Shown here: piece after piece, positions 28,130 through 41,620 of the stretch | Position numbering within the stretch: position 1 is the first letter of the stretch | How the letters are laid out: every line of letters starts with the position of its first letter | NCBI GenBank assembly: GCA_964016885.1 | Contig: OZ024748.1 | Coordinates: 18,104,001 to 18,168,000 of the forward strand | DNA length: 64,000 nucleotides | Direction of reading: 5' to 3' | Origin: Eledone cirrhosa | Taxonomy: Eukaryota | Position numbers and translations under genes: made by a program | Notes under the pieces: generated by a model | The model's input: the letters and a program-made list of their open reading frames with translations, nothing else | Told to the model about the DNA's origin: nothing | Database searches by the model: none

Positions 28130-28375
28130 GAGGTGACCCTAGCTCTAGTCAGGGTACTTGGCCCTATGAACACCTGAATTGAAAGCTATTTTTACAAAAT
28201 GGGATCCAACATCAGGTTGGTTCCTTTACATAAGACAACACTCCTTGGAACTGCCAGAATACTCAGATAAGTTCTTGACAATTGAAGGTGCCTTCCTCAG
28301 TCCACTGGTTGTGGACAGCTGGCATCAGAATTACATCACCAGCAACAAATGCTGTGCAACAAGCCAATAATAATG
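28130..28375 (+). mobile_element. R4/Dong-like LINE 3' remnant
   Basis: Translates LHKTTLLGTARILR*VLD, resembling the LQKxxLLGTARILRKVL C-terminus of R4/NeSL-type elements; AATAATAAT tail. Confidence 0.6.
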
Positions 28376-29741
28376 ATTTCTATCATAGGCACAAGGTCAG
28401 CAATTTGAGGGGGATAGGAAAGTCAATTAAATCGACCCCAGTGCATTACTGGTGCTTTATTGTATCAACTCCCCGTAAGGATGATAGGTAAAGCTAACCT
28501 CACCAGGATTTGAACTCAGAACGTAAAGGGCCATAGCTCTATGCTACAAAGCATGTTATCCCATGCTCTACCGATACTGGCGAATCCACTGCCAATAACA
28601 ACAAATGATAACAATGATGATAATGATGATGATAATTGGTGAAAAACTGTTGTGTGTGGTATGTGTAATGTAAAATGTGATATTTTATTAGGTATTAAAT
28701 ATTGTTCTATTTCAGTTGTGCTATTGAATTGAAAATGTCTTGTGCAGGATGTGGACTGTTCCTAGCAGAGTTATTTATGGGATACAGTGTGTAGAGTTCT
28801 TTACCCTGGTATGGCATCTATATTTTTGTTTAATCTTTTTTTATCGTACCCATTGCTCCATTTATTATTGGCCCTGTTTTCACCTTCCCGCCCTACATTT
28901 TCTATATTTCAATTTCATCCTTCTGGTCTAATAAAATAAAGTACCAGTAAAATTCTGGGGGTTAATATAAATAATTGATTTTTTTCCCCTTCCCACAAAC
29001 TGCTAATATTGTGCTTAAATTAGAAATCATCATTATATTCAAATTTGTTTTATATGCAAAATCCACACACGAACACACACGAACACACACATATACACAT
29101 ACACCATGTTTTTGTCCTGTGCAGTCCATAATGTTTTTTTCTTGATGTGGACCCTTTGGGGTTAATAAAGAAATTATTATTATTATAAAGGGCGATGGAT
29201 TGGAAGTATCGGTAGGGCATCAGACACCCTTTGCAGCATAGAGTTACGGTCCTTTACGTTCCGAGTCCAAATCCCATCAAGGTTAGCTTTGCCTTTCATC
29301 CTTACGAGGTCAATAAAATAAAGCACCAGTAATGCACTGGGGTCAATTTAATCAACTTTCCCCTCCCCTTCAAATTTCTGGCCTTGTGCCAAAAGTAGAA
29401 ACAATTATTATATAATGATAATAATGAAATTAGTGTGTACAGTGCTCAGGTGCACTACAACTCATCAAAGGTGCATGTATAGTACATAGAATAATGTACA
29501 AATGTCAGGAAAATGAACAGTGTATGAGTCATGATATAATAATAATAATAATAATGAAATATTGTGTACAGTGCCCAGGTGCACCACAACTCATCAAAAA
29601 GTGCATGTACAGTACATAGGGCAATGCACAAACATCAGTAAAATGAACAGTGCACGAGTCATGATACACACATGTGTGCATGTGTATGGAAGGGGTACAT
29701 CAATTAATATTATTGACATTGTGATTGTTGTTATTACTGGT

Positions 29742-30000
29742 ATTATTATTATTATTATTTGAAACTTCCTTTGAATTCTGCTTCTTTCCCAAATCATGCC
29801 GAGTGTCAACCGAGTATTACCTGAGGTAATATTTGATAATACATACATTTTACAATTAATTCTCTCACAAATGGTGTCACAAAGACACAAACAAGAGTAA
29901 ATGCTTTTGAAAGGACAAGGACAGTACCAGTTAGCACTATGTTCTGTAGCTCTTGCAGATATGGCTTTGCAGGTATCCAGTCCAAATATTTCCATATAAT
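29742..30000 (-). mobile_element. R4/Dong-like LINE 3' remnant
   Basis: A minus frame reads YLDWIPAKPYLQELQNIVLTGTVLVLSKAF, then a 3' UTR and (AAT)n tail. Confidence 0.5.
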
Positions 30001-30003
30001 TCA

Positions 30004-30360
30004 TGGAGGCACATGGCTTAGTGGTTAGAGCATTGGCCTTGCAATCGAAAGGTTGTGAGTTCAATTCTCAGACCGGGTGATGTGTTGTTTCCTTGAGCAA
30101 GACACTTTATTTCACATTGCTCCAGTTTACTCAGCTGTAGAAATGAGATGATAGGGACTGGGGTCCATATCATTCCACTGCAAAGTGGTCGTGGAGGTGC
30201 CACGGCAAAAAAGCACCCAGCACTCACTGTAAATGAGGTTGGTGTTAGGAAGGGCATCCAGCCGTAGAAATCAAGCCAGCATCAGTTCCCGTCCCACCCT
30301 TGCAAGCAGGGAAAAAGCGGACGTAAAATGAAATGATGATGATGATGATGATGATGATGA
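30004..30360 (+). mobile_element. Full-length CORE-type SINE with RTE-like tail
   Basis: GGAGGCACATGGCTTAGTGG head, GAGTTCAATTCT B-box, CCTTGAGCAAGACACTT core, tail shared with the RTE at 25585. Confidence 0.85.
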
Positions 30361-30982
30361 ATTCATGTCACATAAACAAAACCTAAACTTAATTGATTAA
30401 ATTAACCAAGAATAAACCTAATAAATTTATTTCTACAGGTCTGCTACTTACATTGTATGGAACAAAGCCCAATCATAAGTACTTCTTCGCCCACTTATTC
30501 CTGAGCGGGTTATGGGGGCAGAGTCCTCAAACACTCCTTCCAGCGGGTCCTGTCAGAAGCAATCATCTCCAACTGATCCGGCTGGATCCCCAAGCGACAC
30601 CAGCCAAGCTCATGGATGTTATAATTGCAAGTGCACTGGCTTTCACTGATATTGTACAGGCCTTAAGATACCACATTTTCTCAATTTCAATTGATAGATC
30701 TTTCATTATCATTATGCGGGGGATTGGCAGATCGGTAGAGGGTCGGACGCCATGCTTTGCAGCATAGAGTTACCTCCCTTTATGGTCTGGGTTCAAATCC
30801 CACTGAGGTTAACTTTGCCTTTCATCCTTATGGGGTCGATAAAATAAAGTACCAGTAATACACTGGGATAATTGCTGGCCTTGTGCCAAAAGTAGAAACA
30901 ATTATTATTATTACTATTATTAAAGGACCATAGAGTTACAGTCCTTTACAGTCTGAGTTCAAATCCCGCCGAGGTTAACTTG

Positions 30983-31745
30983 GCCTTTCATCCTTACGGG
31001 GTCGATAAAATAAAGTACCAGTAATGCACTGGGGTAATTGCTGGCCTTGTGCCAAAAGTAGAAACAATTATCATTAGCCTCATCTTCTTCAACACAACTA
31101 CCACTATCAGCACCACCATCATCATCAACAATTATTATTATTATTATTGATTGCCTTTCATCCTTACGGGGTCGATGAAATAAAGTACCAGTAACGCACT
31201 GGGTAATTGCTGGCCTTGTGCCAAAAGTAGAAACAATTATCATTAGCCTCATCTTCTTCAATACAACTACCACTATCACCACCACCATCATCATCAACAA
31301 TTATTATTATTATTATTGATTGCCTTTCATCCTTACGGGGTCGATGAAATAAAGTACCAGTAACGCACTGGGTAATTGCTGGCCTTGTGCCAAAAGTAGA
31401 AACAATTATCATTAGCCTCATCTTCTTCAACACAACTACCACTATCACCACCACCATCATCATCAACAATTATTATTATTATTATTGATTGCCTTTCATC
31501 CTTACGGGGTCGATGAAATAAAGTACCAGTAACGCACTGGGTAATTGCTGGCCTTGTGCCAAAAGTAGAAACAATTATCATTAGCCTCATCTTCTTCAAC
31601 ACAACTACCACTATCACCACCACCATCATCATCAACAATTATTATTATTATTATTGATTGCCTTTCATCCTTACGGGGTCGATGAAATAAAGTACCAGTA
31701 ACGCACTGGGTAATTGCTGGCCTTGTGCCTAAAGTAGAAACAATT
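30983..31745. repeat. 169-bp tandem repeat (~4.5 copies) made of a SINE 3' half plus flank
   Basis: Near-identical ORFs 31164..31469 and 31333..31638 are offset by 169 bp. Confidence 0.92.
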
Positions 31746-32058
31746 ATTGATATTTCTCATTACTTCTTTTTTCCCCTTCTAGTTTGTTCCATCCCAATCC
31801 AATCTACCCCCAATCCAGTCCACCCTATTCCAATCCCTCCCTCCCCGCCTCCAATCCACCCTCCACCCTCACCCCACTCCACCCCAACCCAATCTTATCC
31901 ACTCCATTCTCTTACATTCTACACAGTACCGTATCATTCTATCTACAGTTTGTTTCTTCTCTTATCCCATTTCATTTTCTCATGAAAAGAAAAAACCCAA
32001 TTAAATGAAACCTGTGAAAAAGCTTGTTGTAGTTGTGATGGAGATTAAAAAAATATAA

Positions 32059-32100
<42 letters not shown>

Positions 32101-32102
32101 CA

Positions 32103-32181
<79 letters not shown>

Positions 32182-32602
32182 TTACATGAATATATATATA
32201 TATATATATGTATATATATTTACATGAATATATATATATATATATATATGGATGTATACATATACATATATATACATGCATAAATATATATATTCATGTG
32301 TACATACATATATATATATACATGCACATATATATATATATATATACATAAATATATATATTTACATGAATATATATATATATGAATGTATACATATACA
32401 TATATATACATGCATAAATATATATATGCATGTGTACATATATATATATATATATATACATGCACACATATATATATATACATAAATATATATATATATA
32501 TTTATGCATCTATGTCCGTGTGTGTGTATATATACATATACATATATATACATGCATAAATATATATATCCATGTGTACATACATATATATATATATACA
32601 TG

Positions 32603-32638
<36 letters not shown>

Positions 32639-32841
32639 AATATATATATATTTATCCATCTATGTCCATGTGTGTGTGTATATATATATATATAAACATA
32701 TTATTTCATAACATCTATAAAGGTTTTATACAGTTTGGTAATTTTCTTTTACATAACTTTTGTCTTCTGATAACATTTCCCCTGATTTTTCTGCCTTGTA
32801 ATCAGCTAATGTTTCATAAATATACATAAACCACGTGTGTG

Positions 32842-32900
<59 letters not shown>

Positions 32901-32927
32901 ATGTATATATATATATGTGTGTGTGTG

Positions 32928-32984
<57 letters not shown>

Positions 32985-33013
32985 GTGCATGTATATGTAT
33001 ATATATATATATG

Positions 33014-33082
<69 letters not shown>

Positions 33083-33161
33083 ATGTATATATATATATAT
33101 GTGTATACATATATATATATATGTATGTATGTATATATATATATGTATGTATGTATATATA

Positions 33162-33206
<45 letters not shown>

Positions 33207-33237
33207 ATATATATGTGTATATATATATATATATGTG

Positions 33238-33268
<31 letters not shown>

Positions 33269-33310
33269 GTATATATATGTGTATATATATATATATATAA
33301 TATAAATATG

Positions 33311-33341
<31 letters not shown>

Positions 33342-33347
33342 GTGTGT

Positions 33348-33380
<33 letters not shown>

Positions 33381-33711
33381 GTGTGTATATATATATAATA
33401 TATATATGTATGTATAAGTATATGTATATTTATAAATATTTATGTTTATAAACACTTATATTTTTTTCTATAAACATATTAAACCTATGCCTATAGCCTA
33501 TGTATATATATATATGTATATATTTATATATGTATATGTATATATAAATATTTATAAACAAATACCTTTATATATAAGTAGAAGTTGTATTTTATTTGTT
33601 GGAATTCTGACAAACATAAATGTTTATAACTGATTTAGAGCACTCAACAGATACTGGAGTAAATATTCCATGATATTAAATAAATGGAAACTATATTTAT
33701 AAAACCATATT

Positions 33712-33776
33712 TATTTTATTATATATATTTCAAGGGCGACGAAGCCAATCTTGGTGCGCTTTCATCAGATAAAATA
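33712..33776 (-). ncRNA. Candidate type I hammerhead ribozyme
   Basis: Minus strand: TATTTTAT CTGATGA AAG...CTT GAAA T-ATAT-A TA^ ATAAAATA; 8-bp stem I in exact register, imperfect stem II. Confidence 0.5.
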
Positions 33777-33781
33777 CAAAG

Positions 33782-33904
33782 TTTGTTTTATAAATAAAGA
33801 CGTATCCATGAAAATCATACCTTATCGGTCAGAAATTCCTATCCAGGGAATTTCCGACCGATAAGGTATGATTTTCATGGGTACGTCTTTATTTATAAAA
33901 CAAA
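33782..33904. repeat. Fold-back inverted repeat, ~58-bp arms
   Basis: TTTGTTTTATAAATAAAGACGTA...CTTATCGGTC mirrors GACCGATAAG...TACGTCTTTATTTATAAAACAAA. Confidence 0.92.
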
Positions 33905-33921
33905 TTTATATTTCCACATGC

Positions 33922-33953
<32 letters not shown>

Positions 33954-33979
33954 GACATATATATATATATATATATACA

Positions 33980-34042
<63 letters not shown>

Positions 34043-34118
34043 TATATATGTGTGTATGTAAAAGGTAAACAGAAATAACAACACAATTGCTACAGTATAT
34101 GGAATGAATATATTTATT

Positions 34119-34179
<61 letters not shown>

Positions 34180-34912
34180 ATTTATAAACACATACCTATA
34201 TATAATATATATATATATATTGGAAAGTCAGGATGACGAGTGACACAAAAATAAGAAGTTGTTTTTTTTTTTAATTACCAAAAATCAACAAAGGAATCAT
34301 ATCTCTGGAAGTTTTACTTCATCAGCAAAAAAAAACATAATATTATTGTAGATGGTGAATGTTGTTTATTGGTGTGATGTTGTTGTTGTCGTTGCTGTTG
34401 TTGTATCTGATGTTGTTGTTGTTGTATCTTTTGTTGTATCTTCTGTTGTTGTTGTTGTTGTTGTTGTCAGTTTTGTTGTTGTATCTTCTGTTGTTGTCAG
34501 TTTTGTTGTTGTTGTTGCTGTTGTATCTTCTGTTGTTGTCAGTTTTGTTGTTGTTGTTGTTGTATCTTCTGTTGTTGTCAGTTTTGTTGTTGTTGTTGTT
34601 GTTGCTGTTGTATCTTCTGTTGTTGTTGTTCTACCCTCCTGTACATATGTTTCAATGTGTTTTAGTTGGATGTTTTTTAGAGGGTGGGGCAAAGTTAGAA
34701 ACAGTGGAGCAATAGGGGTGGAAGATGTTAACATGGAGGGCTTGGGAAGTGGTCTGGTGGATAGGGAGGTGGAGGAAGGGTGGTGAAGTGTGGAGGGGTG
34801 GTTGGGTGTGGAGGGGTTCAGGTAGATATAAGTTGTGGATGACAGGGTTGGTGTGTAGGGATATAGTAAATAGGACATGTACATTCTGTGATTCCCAAAA
34901 TATGGTATTAAA

Positions 34913-34940
<28 letters not shown>

Positions 34941-34950
<10 letters not shown>

Positions 34951-35156
34951 TATCATAAATCTTTTGTTGCACATCTGCAACATCGTCAGTGGTGTTATAT
35001 TTTCCTCCTGTTGTGTTGTATGTCTACGCCATTTTTATTCAGTATAGACAGACTGAATAAAAATGGTGTAGACATACAACACAACAGGAGGAAAATATAA
35101 CACCACTGACGATGTTGCAGATGTGCAACGAAAGATTTATGATAAACTATATATAT
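34941..35156. repeat. Near-perfect fold-back, ~103-bp arms, 8-nt loop, TA-flanked
   Basis: Arms differ at about 2 positions; loop ATAGACAG at 35044-35051. Confidence 0.95.
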
Positions 35157-35204
35157 GTGTTTGTGTTTATATTGTATCTGTATTATTTATATATATATAT
35201 ATAT

Positions 35205-35957
35205 ATATAAAATGAGGTAAATATCTTTCTGAGTACTAAGACTCCATAGAGATATATAGTGTGTCTATAATATAATTGGTGTTCAATGGTACTAATTCGA
35301 GATACCAGAACTATAAAAATTAAGAAGAGCAGAACAAACAAACATTAAACAATTCTTTTAAAAAATTAAAAAAATGATTTAAATATTTACCCGTTCATAA
35401 TGTTATTACTGGCGGTTTTGCTTTACAAAGAGAATTTCTAACGGAAAAGTAAAGTTCATTTAAATCATTTTTTTTTTTTTTTTAAAGAATTGTTTAATGT
35501 TTGTTTGTTCTGCTCTTCTTAATTTGTATAGTTCTGGTATCTCTATGGGTACTTAGTACTCAGAGAAATATTTACCTCATTTTATGAATTCTCCTATCTA
35601 TGTTGAGAAAAAAATGTGTTGTGGCTTACTGCTATTTTTTTAGCAGAATAGCCATTAACGAGTCTATAATATTTCCCGCTTTTTCTAGTGTCCAGTTCAT
35701 GTGTGGGTCATTCTAACGGCGTTACTCACACTAGCTGGTAGTTGGCAATATATTTGCAGACTTTGGGACTAGTTTCCTACTGTATGGAAATAGCTATCTC
35801 ATGAACTTTACTTTTCCGTTAGAAATTCTCCGAATCTCTAACCTTTTGTAAAGTGAAACCACCAGTAATAGCATTATTTATGAACGGGTACATATTTAAA
35901 TCATTTTGTAAATTTTTTTAAAGAGTTGTTTAATGTTTGTTTGTTCTGCTGTTCTTA

Positions 35958-35965
<8 letters not shown>
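35205..35965. repeat. Nested inverted duplications between (TA)n tracts
   Basis: 35205-35385 is mirrored by 35457-35585, and 35310-35459 is mirrored again by 35801-35965. Confidence 0.85.
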
Positions 35966-36010
<45 letters not shown>

Positions 36011-36098
36011 ATCCTCATCATCGTTGTTTTAATGTCTGCTTCCCCTGCTAGGAAGGGTATATAATTATACATATATACATGTATATATGCATATATAC

Positions 36099-36129
<31 letters not shown>

Positions 36130-36143
36130 CAAACACACACACA

Positions 36144-37451
36144 CGAGGTGGTATCAAAAAGTTCCTAGACTAGTTATGTTTAAAAAAACTAATATATTTA
36201 CCTAAGTTTTAACATCATCTTCTTCGAAATAGTCACCTTGTGCAGCAATACACTGGTCCCAGCATTCCTGCCACTTTTGGAATCAGGCCTGGAAGTAGTT
36301 TTCTATAAGCAAGTCAAGGACCTTCTGCAATTTGCTCTGGATCTCGGCAACGGTGTTAAAATGTGATCCTTTGAGCTCCATTTTCAGCTTGGTGAAGAAA
36401 TGGAAGTCTGCAGGTGCTAAATCTAGTGAATAAGTCAAATGTGGAAGTGATACAATGTTGTTTTTGGTGAGAAACTCACGTGTGAAGAGAGCTCGGTAAC
36501 AGGGTGCATTGTTGTCATGAAGAATTGGATTCTTCATGCTCCACAGATCCGGTCACTTTTATCAAACCTCCTCCCTCAAAACATTGCAATGGAAGTCCCA
36601 ATTGACAGTCTTGCCCCGGGGGACGAATTCTCAATGCACAATACTGATGATGTCAAAATAAGAGATGAGCATACTCTTGATTGAGCTGCAGCTCTGCCGT
36701 ACCTTCTTCTTCGGTCATGGAGATGAAGGGCTTTTGCATTGTGTCGACTGCTGCTTTGTCTCAGGGTCGTACCTGTAGACCCAACTCTCGTTACTGGAGA
36801 TGATCCTCGACATGAAGAATGGGTCATTAGCGACACGCTGATGGAAACCTTGACAGACTTCAACACAATCTTCTTTCTGCTTAGTGGTCAACAGGTGGGA
36901 GACAAACTTGGCAGTGACACGCTGCATGTTCAATTCAGACGTTAGGATTGCTTGCATGGACCCATACGACAGACCAACAACATCAGCAATATTGTTGATT
37001 GTCTTCCGACGATCCTCATATACAAGCTGATTAATTTTCTCCACATTTCCAAGATGCTCATGGCAAGTCTTCCAAATTGCTATTAATCTTCCAGAGACGT
37101 TTTTCCATTTTTGATGCACCCATGCCACTTGAAACATTGCCTACAAACCATTGCCTCATTGCCGTAAGATTGCCAAAGCATGCTCAATGTCTGTAGCAGA
37201 CTTCTCAAGTTGAACCCAAAATTTTATGTTGGCTCTTTGTTCCAACTTCCTGTTCATGACAAAATCCCAGGCTACAGCATACATATGATCACAAAAACAC
37301 AAATTTCACAACTTGTGAAGTGAACACAGTGATGTCACTCAGCACACTGGGGCATGAAGGTCCCTGCTAGCTATCACTACACGTGCAACAATATGCTGCC
37401 ATCTGTTGGCGTGCTACAGAACTAGTCTGGAAACCTTTTGATACCACCTCA
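36144..37451 (-). mobile_element. Decayed full-length mariner (DD34D) transposon, ~1.3 kb
   Basis: TIRs CGAGGTGGTATCAAAAAGTTCCTAGACTAGTT / AACTAGTCTGGAAACCTTTTGATACCACCTCA-TA; frameshifted transposase with AKFVSHLLT, SNESWVYRYDPETKQQS, LHDNNAP and YSLDLAPADFHFF motifs. Confidence 0.92.
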
Positions 37452-38124
37452 TAGATATATAAATATATGAATATATATATAGTGGGATAGCCATAATGAA
37501 TACTAGAAAGCATTCTATCCGACGTTCTAACAATGCTGACAATTTACGTATGTATATATGTATCATCCCGTAATCCCTGATAAAGTTGTAGGGACGCCAT
37601 ATTGACAGACAGCGTTTCTTGGACATTTTTAAGCCTGTTGGAGCCATCCCTCTCCAGGCCTTGGTACAGCAGATTTCTTCCAGAGAAATATAGAAAGTGA
37701 GAGAGATATAGAGGAAGAATCGACCCCAGTACTAGACTGGTACATTTTTATCGACCTTGAAAGGATGAAAGGCAAAGTTGACCTCGGTGGGATTTGAACT
37801 CAGAGAGCAGGGAACCGGAACGAATACCATAAAGCATTCTATCCGCCGTTCTAACGACTCTGCCAATTTACTGCCAAGACAAATACCCAGACATTTAATC
37901 CGATACCCCTACTAGCTCTCCACCCATATTTCTGTCTCACTAGATGAGTCTTTTCTATTCTTCTATCAGTCAGAGGCTTGCTTCATTAACGTTAACCTGG
38001 TCTTAAACAACAATATGTATGTATCAACTTCTAATGGAGTCATGGGGGCGCCGTAATGGCATATGGTGTTTTGGGGAGAGTATTCTATACTTGGCACAGT
38101 TCACCTTGCCTTTAGATCTAACCA

Positions 38125-38161
<37 letters not shown>

Positions 38162-40538
38162 AAAGTAGAGAGAGAGGATACGATAAAGATATGTACAGGA
38201 ACAATAGATCCCCAGTATTTGACTGGTACTTTTTTTATCGACCTTGAGAGGATGGAACACAAAGCAGGATTTGAGCTCAGAGTTGTGCAGAGAGAGCCAG
38301 AACAACTACCAAAGCCTTTAAATCCGACATCCTAGTATGCTACTAATATTCCAGTCTCACCACATGAACTCAATACTCTTCTATCGACCATAGATCTGCT
38401 CCATCAAAACTTGGATTAAACCAGAACAGCAGCAATATTCCATTGAAAAGGTGAGTATTTCTTTTTTAAATGTAAGTTTTCAAGAAAGACAACTTCTCTT
38501 CAAAATACAAATACTTACCTCCCCTGTTTAATTTTGTTTTCTATTTAATCATTTTCTTTTTTCAAACTATCATAGAATTATCTCTCTTGCATTCATGAGA
38601 TTTTTTTCGTCTATGGTTTGGTATTTTTCTCTGTAATAGAACACTTTATCACCCCCCCCCCCTCTCTCTCTCTCTCAAAACACACGTGAAATAAAATGGA
38701 ATAGGCCTCCGTCGGCCTCGACGATGAGTGTTTCAGTTGTTTGATCAACGCAACAGCTTGTTTGTGAAACTAAACGTGTAAGTTGCCAAGCATTCCACCA
38801 ATATATGTAACGTTGACGTAACTCTTAATGAGATTCAGCGTGGCAGTGTGTAACAAGGCTGGTCCTTTGAATTACAAGTACAGTCCATCCAACGGGCTTC
38901 CAACCTGTCTCCTTCTGCTTAAATTCAAGCACAATGCTTAGAACAACACACGAGGCTGTGGTAAATGATATTTGCCTCAGATACCACACAGTGGGGTTGA
39001 ATCTAGGACCTTATAATTGTAAAGCAAACTTCTTAATTCGCCAGCCACAATATTTATAATTTTAAGTGAGGATATATCTGTTCAAAATGGGAATGGTGAT
39101 TTTAAAGTGAGAACATATTACTTCAAAGTGAGCATAGCGATTTCCTAGTGAGCTCATGTTACATAAACAAAACCTAAACTTAATTGATTAAATTAACTAA
39201 GAATAAAACTTCTTCTTTGCCCACTTATTCCTGAGAGGGTCGTGGGAGCAGAGTCCTCAAACACTCCTTCCCGAGGGTCCTGTCAGAAGCAACCGGCTCC
39301 GACTGATCTGGCTGGATCCCCATACGAGACCAGCCAAACTTATAGATGTTATCCAACCCTCTTGCTCTGGGTCTCATATCGGTTGCTTTTGCCCGTAAAA
39401 TCTGTTCAGCGATTCTTTCCTGAGACATTCTAACCACATGTCCATAATATCGGAGCTGTGATCCCTCAATTCGGAGAAGTAGCGGCTCTACCTGGAGTGA
39501 CTCTCTGATCTCCGAGCTATGCACTCTATCGAGTAAAAAATAAACCAAATAAACTTCTTTCTAATGGTTATGTTGTATGGAACATAAGTACCTGTATTAT
39601 ATCAATCCCAATATTTTACTGGTACTTATTTTATAGGCGGTAAATTGGCAGAGTCATTTGAACGTTAGATAAAATGCTTTGCAGTATTCGTTCTGGCTCT
39701 CTGCTCTCAAATTTGCCTTTCATCAAGGTCGATAAAAAAAAGTATCAGCCAAATACTGGGGAACGTTTCTTCCTTTATATCTTTCTCACTTCCTTTCTCT
39801 CACTCTATATCCTACTCTGGGAGAAATCTGCTGTATCCAGACCTAGAAATGAGATGGGCTCAGCCAGGTTTTTTAAATGCCCAAGAAACGCCGTATGTCA
39901 ACATGGCGACCCTACGATTCTCTCGTGAGTTACGGAACCATACATAACATACTGCATAATGTATTTTCTTATAGAAGAAATATTGCAGAACAAACGATGT
40001 CAGTTGGAGAATTCGATATTATAAACAACAAAACAAAAAAACAGAAGACCGCCGTCCATTTTTAATCACAATCGTAACAGTTCGTTTTTGTATTGATTCT
40101 AAGATGGTTGCACGAGTGTATCTTTAGGCACAGTGCAACACTTAATCATTTGAGAATTCTTCTTTTTGTTCCTGTGAGGGTCGTGGGGAGGGGGACATAT
40201 CTTCCAGCAGGTCCTATCAGAAGCAACTGTCTCAAATTGATCTGGCTGGATCCCCAAGCGAGACCACCTGAGTTTCAAGGATGTTATCCAACCATCTTGC
40301 TCGAGGCTTCCTTCTGGGTCTCCAGCCGATTGGTTTTACCCGTAAAATCTGTCCAGCGATTTAAGGTTCAGGGCTTATTATTTGGACATTTTTTTATTAT
40401 TTTTTCTGTCTGTTTTTCTCTTCTTCCTTTTGATACCCAAACAAACAGCATCAAATTATAAATACAAGTGCCTAACGTTGCTTGAATCAGCTTATATATT
40501 ATTATGATTGTGGATCGGTGTCGTTGTCGTACTGAAAA

Positions 40539-40827
40539 TACAGTGTACTCACGGAATTTTCCTTTGAACCCAACCAATAACTGTTGGTGGAAACAATCGC
40601 ATATTCGCGGAATCGTAAATATCTTCCGCGATTTTTGTATTGCTTTTTTTTGTGGCAATATTTTTTCACGCCTTTTAACGCTAAATATAGCTTATTTGCT
40701 GGCCTATATTTTACGTTGTTTTGACGTTTATTGGCATTTTTATGGACCACGTCCAATATTCGAGGTTTTTCATTCTTCGCGGATTATCTAGGTACGTAAC
40801 CCCCGCGAATACCGGGAAACAACTGTA
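40539..40827. mobile_element. CpG-rich pogo/Tigger-like MITE
   Basis: TACAGT...ACTGTA ends; internal ATTCGCGG and CCGCGAATA inverted motifs; left boundary uncertain. Confidence 0.45.
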
Positions 40828-40994
40828 CTAGAAAATACTAGAAACTCATAACTTGGCTGATAAAACCCTTGAATTAACCAGGAAAGTTCACAATGATTAC
40901 ATTACAAATGATGTTATTTCATGTTCTTTGTTCGTCTCTCAAAATATCGTAGGAAAATTTTAATCTCACTTTGGATTAGTAAGATCTCGTTCAA

Positions 40995-41620
40995 AGGCGC
41001 TTGGCCTAAAGATTAGGATCGTAATGTTGTCGGTTCGATTCTCATGGATATTAAAATGTGACACAGTATGTGCGGCAAGGCTGGGCCCTTTGAATTAGAG
41101 GTATGACTCGTTTTTACCAGCTGAAAATTCGTACCAGCAGTAACTGTGGGTTTAACCCTGCGATGGTCTGACGGCCTGTCCTAGGGGAAATCCTGTACTC
41201 TTAGTCGCTTCATGCCACAGAAAAAGAGAAAGCGCCGGCCTGATGAGTCTCCGTCCAAGGACACAAGGCACCACTGAGAATCAAACTCATTATCTTACGA
41301 TCGTTTGTCAAATACTCTAACTACTAAACCACAGACTTTCAAAGCTAATCTTATATACCTTCTATTGATGGAGGCGCGGGGCCTAGTAGCAAGGGTGTTG
41401 GACTTACGATTATAATGTCGTGAGTTTGATTCCTGGACTGTGTTATGTGTTGTGTTCTTGAACAAAACACTTCAGTATACTTAACTGAAAATGCGTACCG
41501 GCAGTAACTGTGGATTTAACCCTGCGATGGACTGGCGTCCTGTCCTAGGCGAAATCTTGTATTCTCAGTCGCTTCACGCCACAGAAACTGAGAAAGCACC
41601 GACTTGAAGAGGCTCAAGAC
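40995..41620 (+). mobile_element. Cluster of tRNA SINEs with a V-domain-like segment
   Basis: AACCCTGCGATGGACTGGCGTCCTGTCC...AGTCGCTTCA occurs twice (~41155 and ~41518) after tRNA-like heads. Confidence 0.65.

Noticed and set aside
41225-41262. CTGATGAG hammerhead-like word
   Set aside because: Part of a SINE tail; no stem II-GAAA follows.
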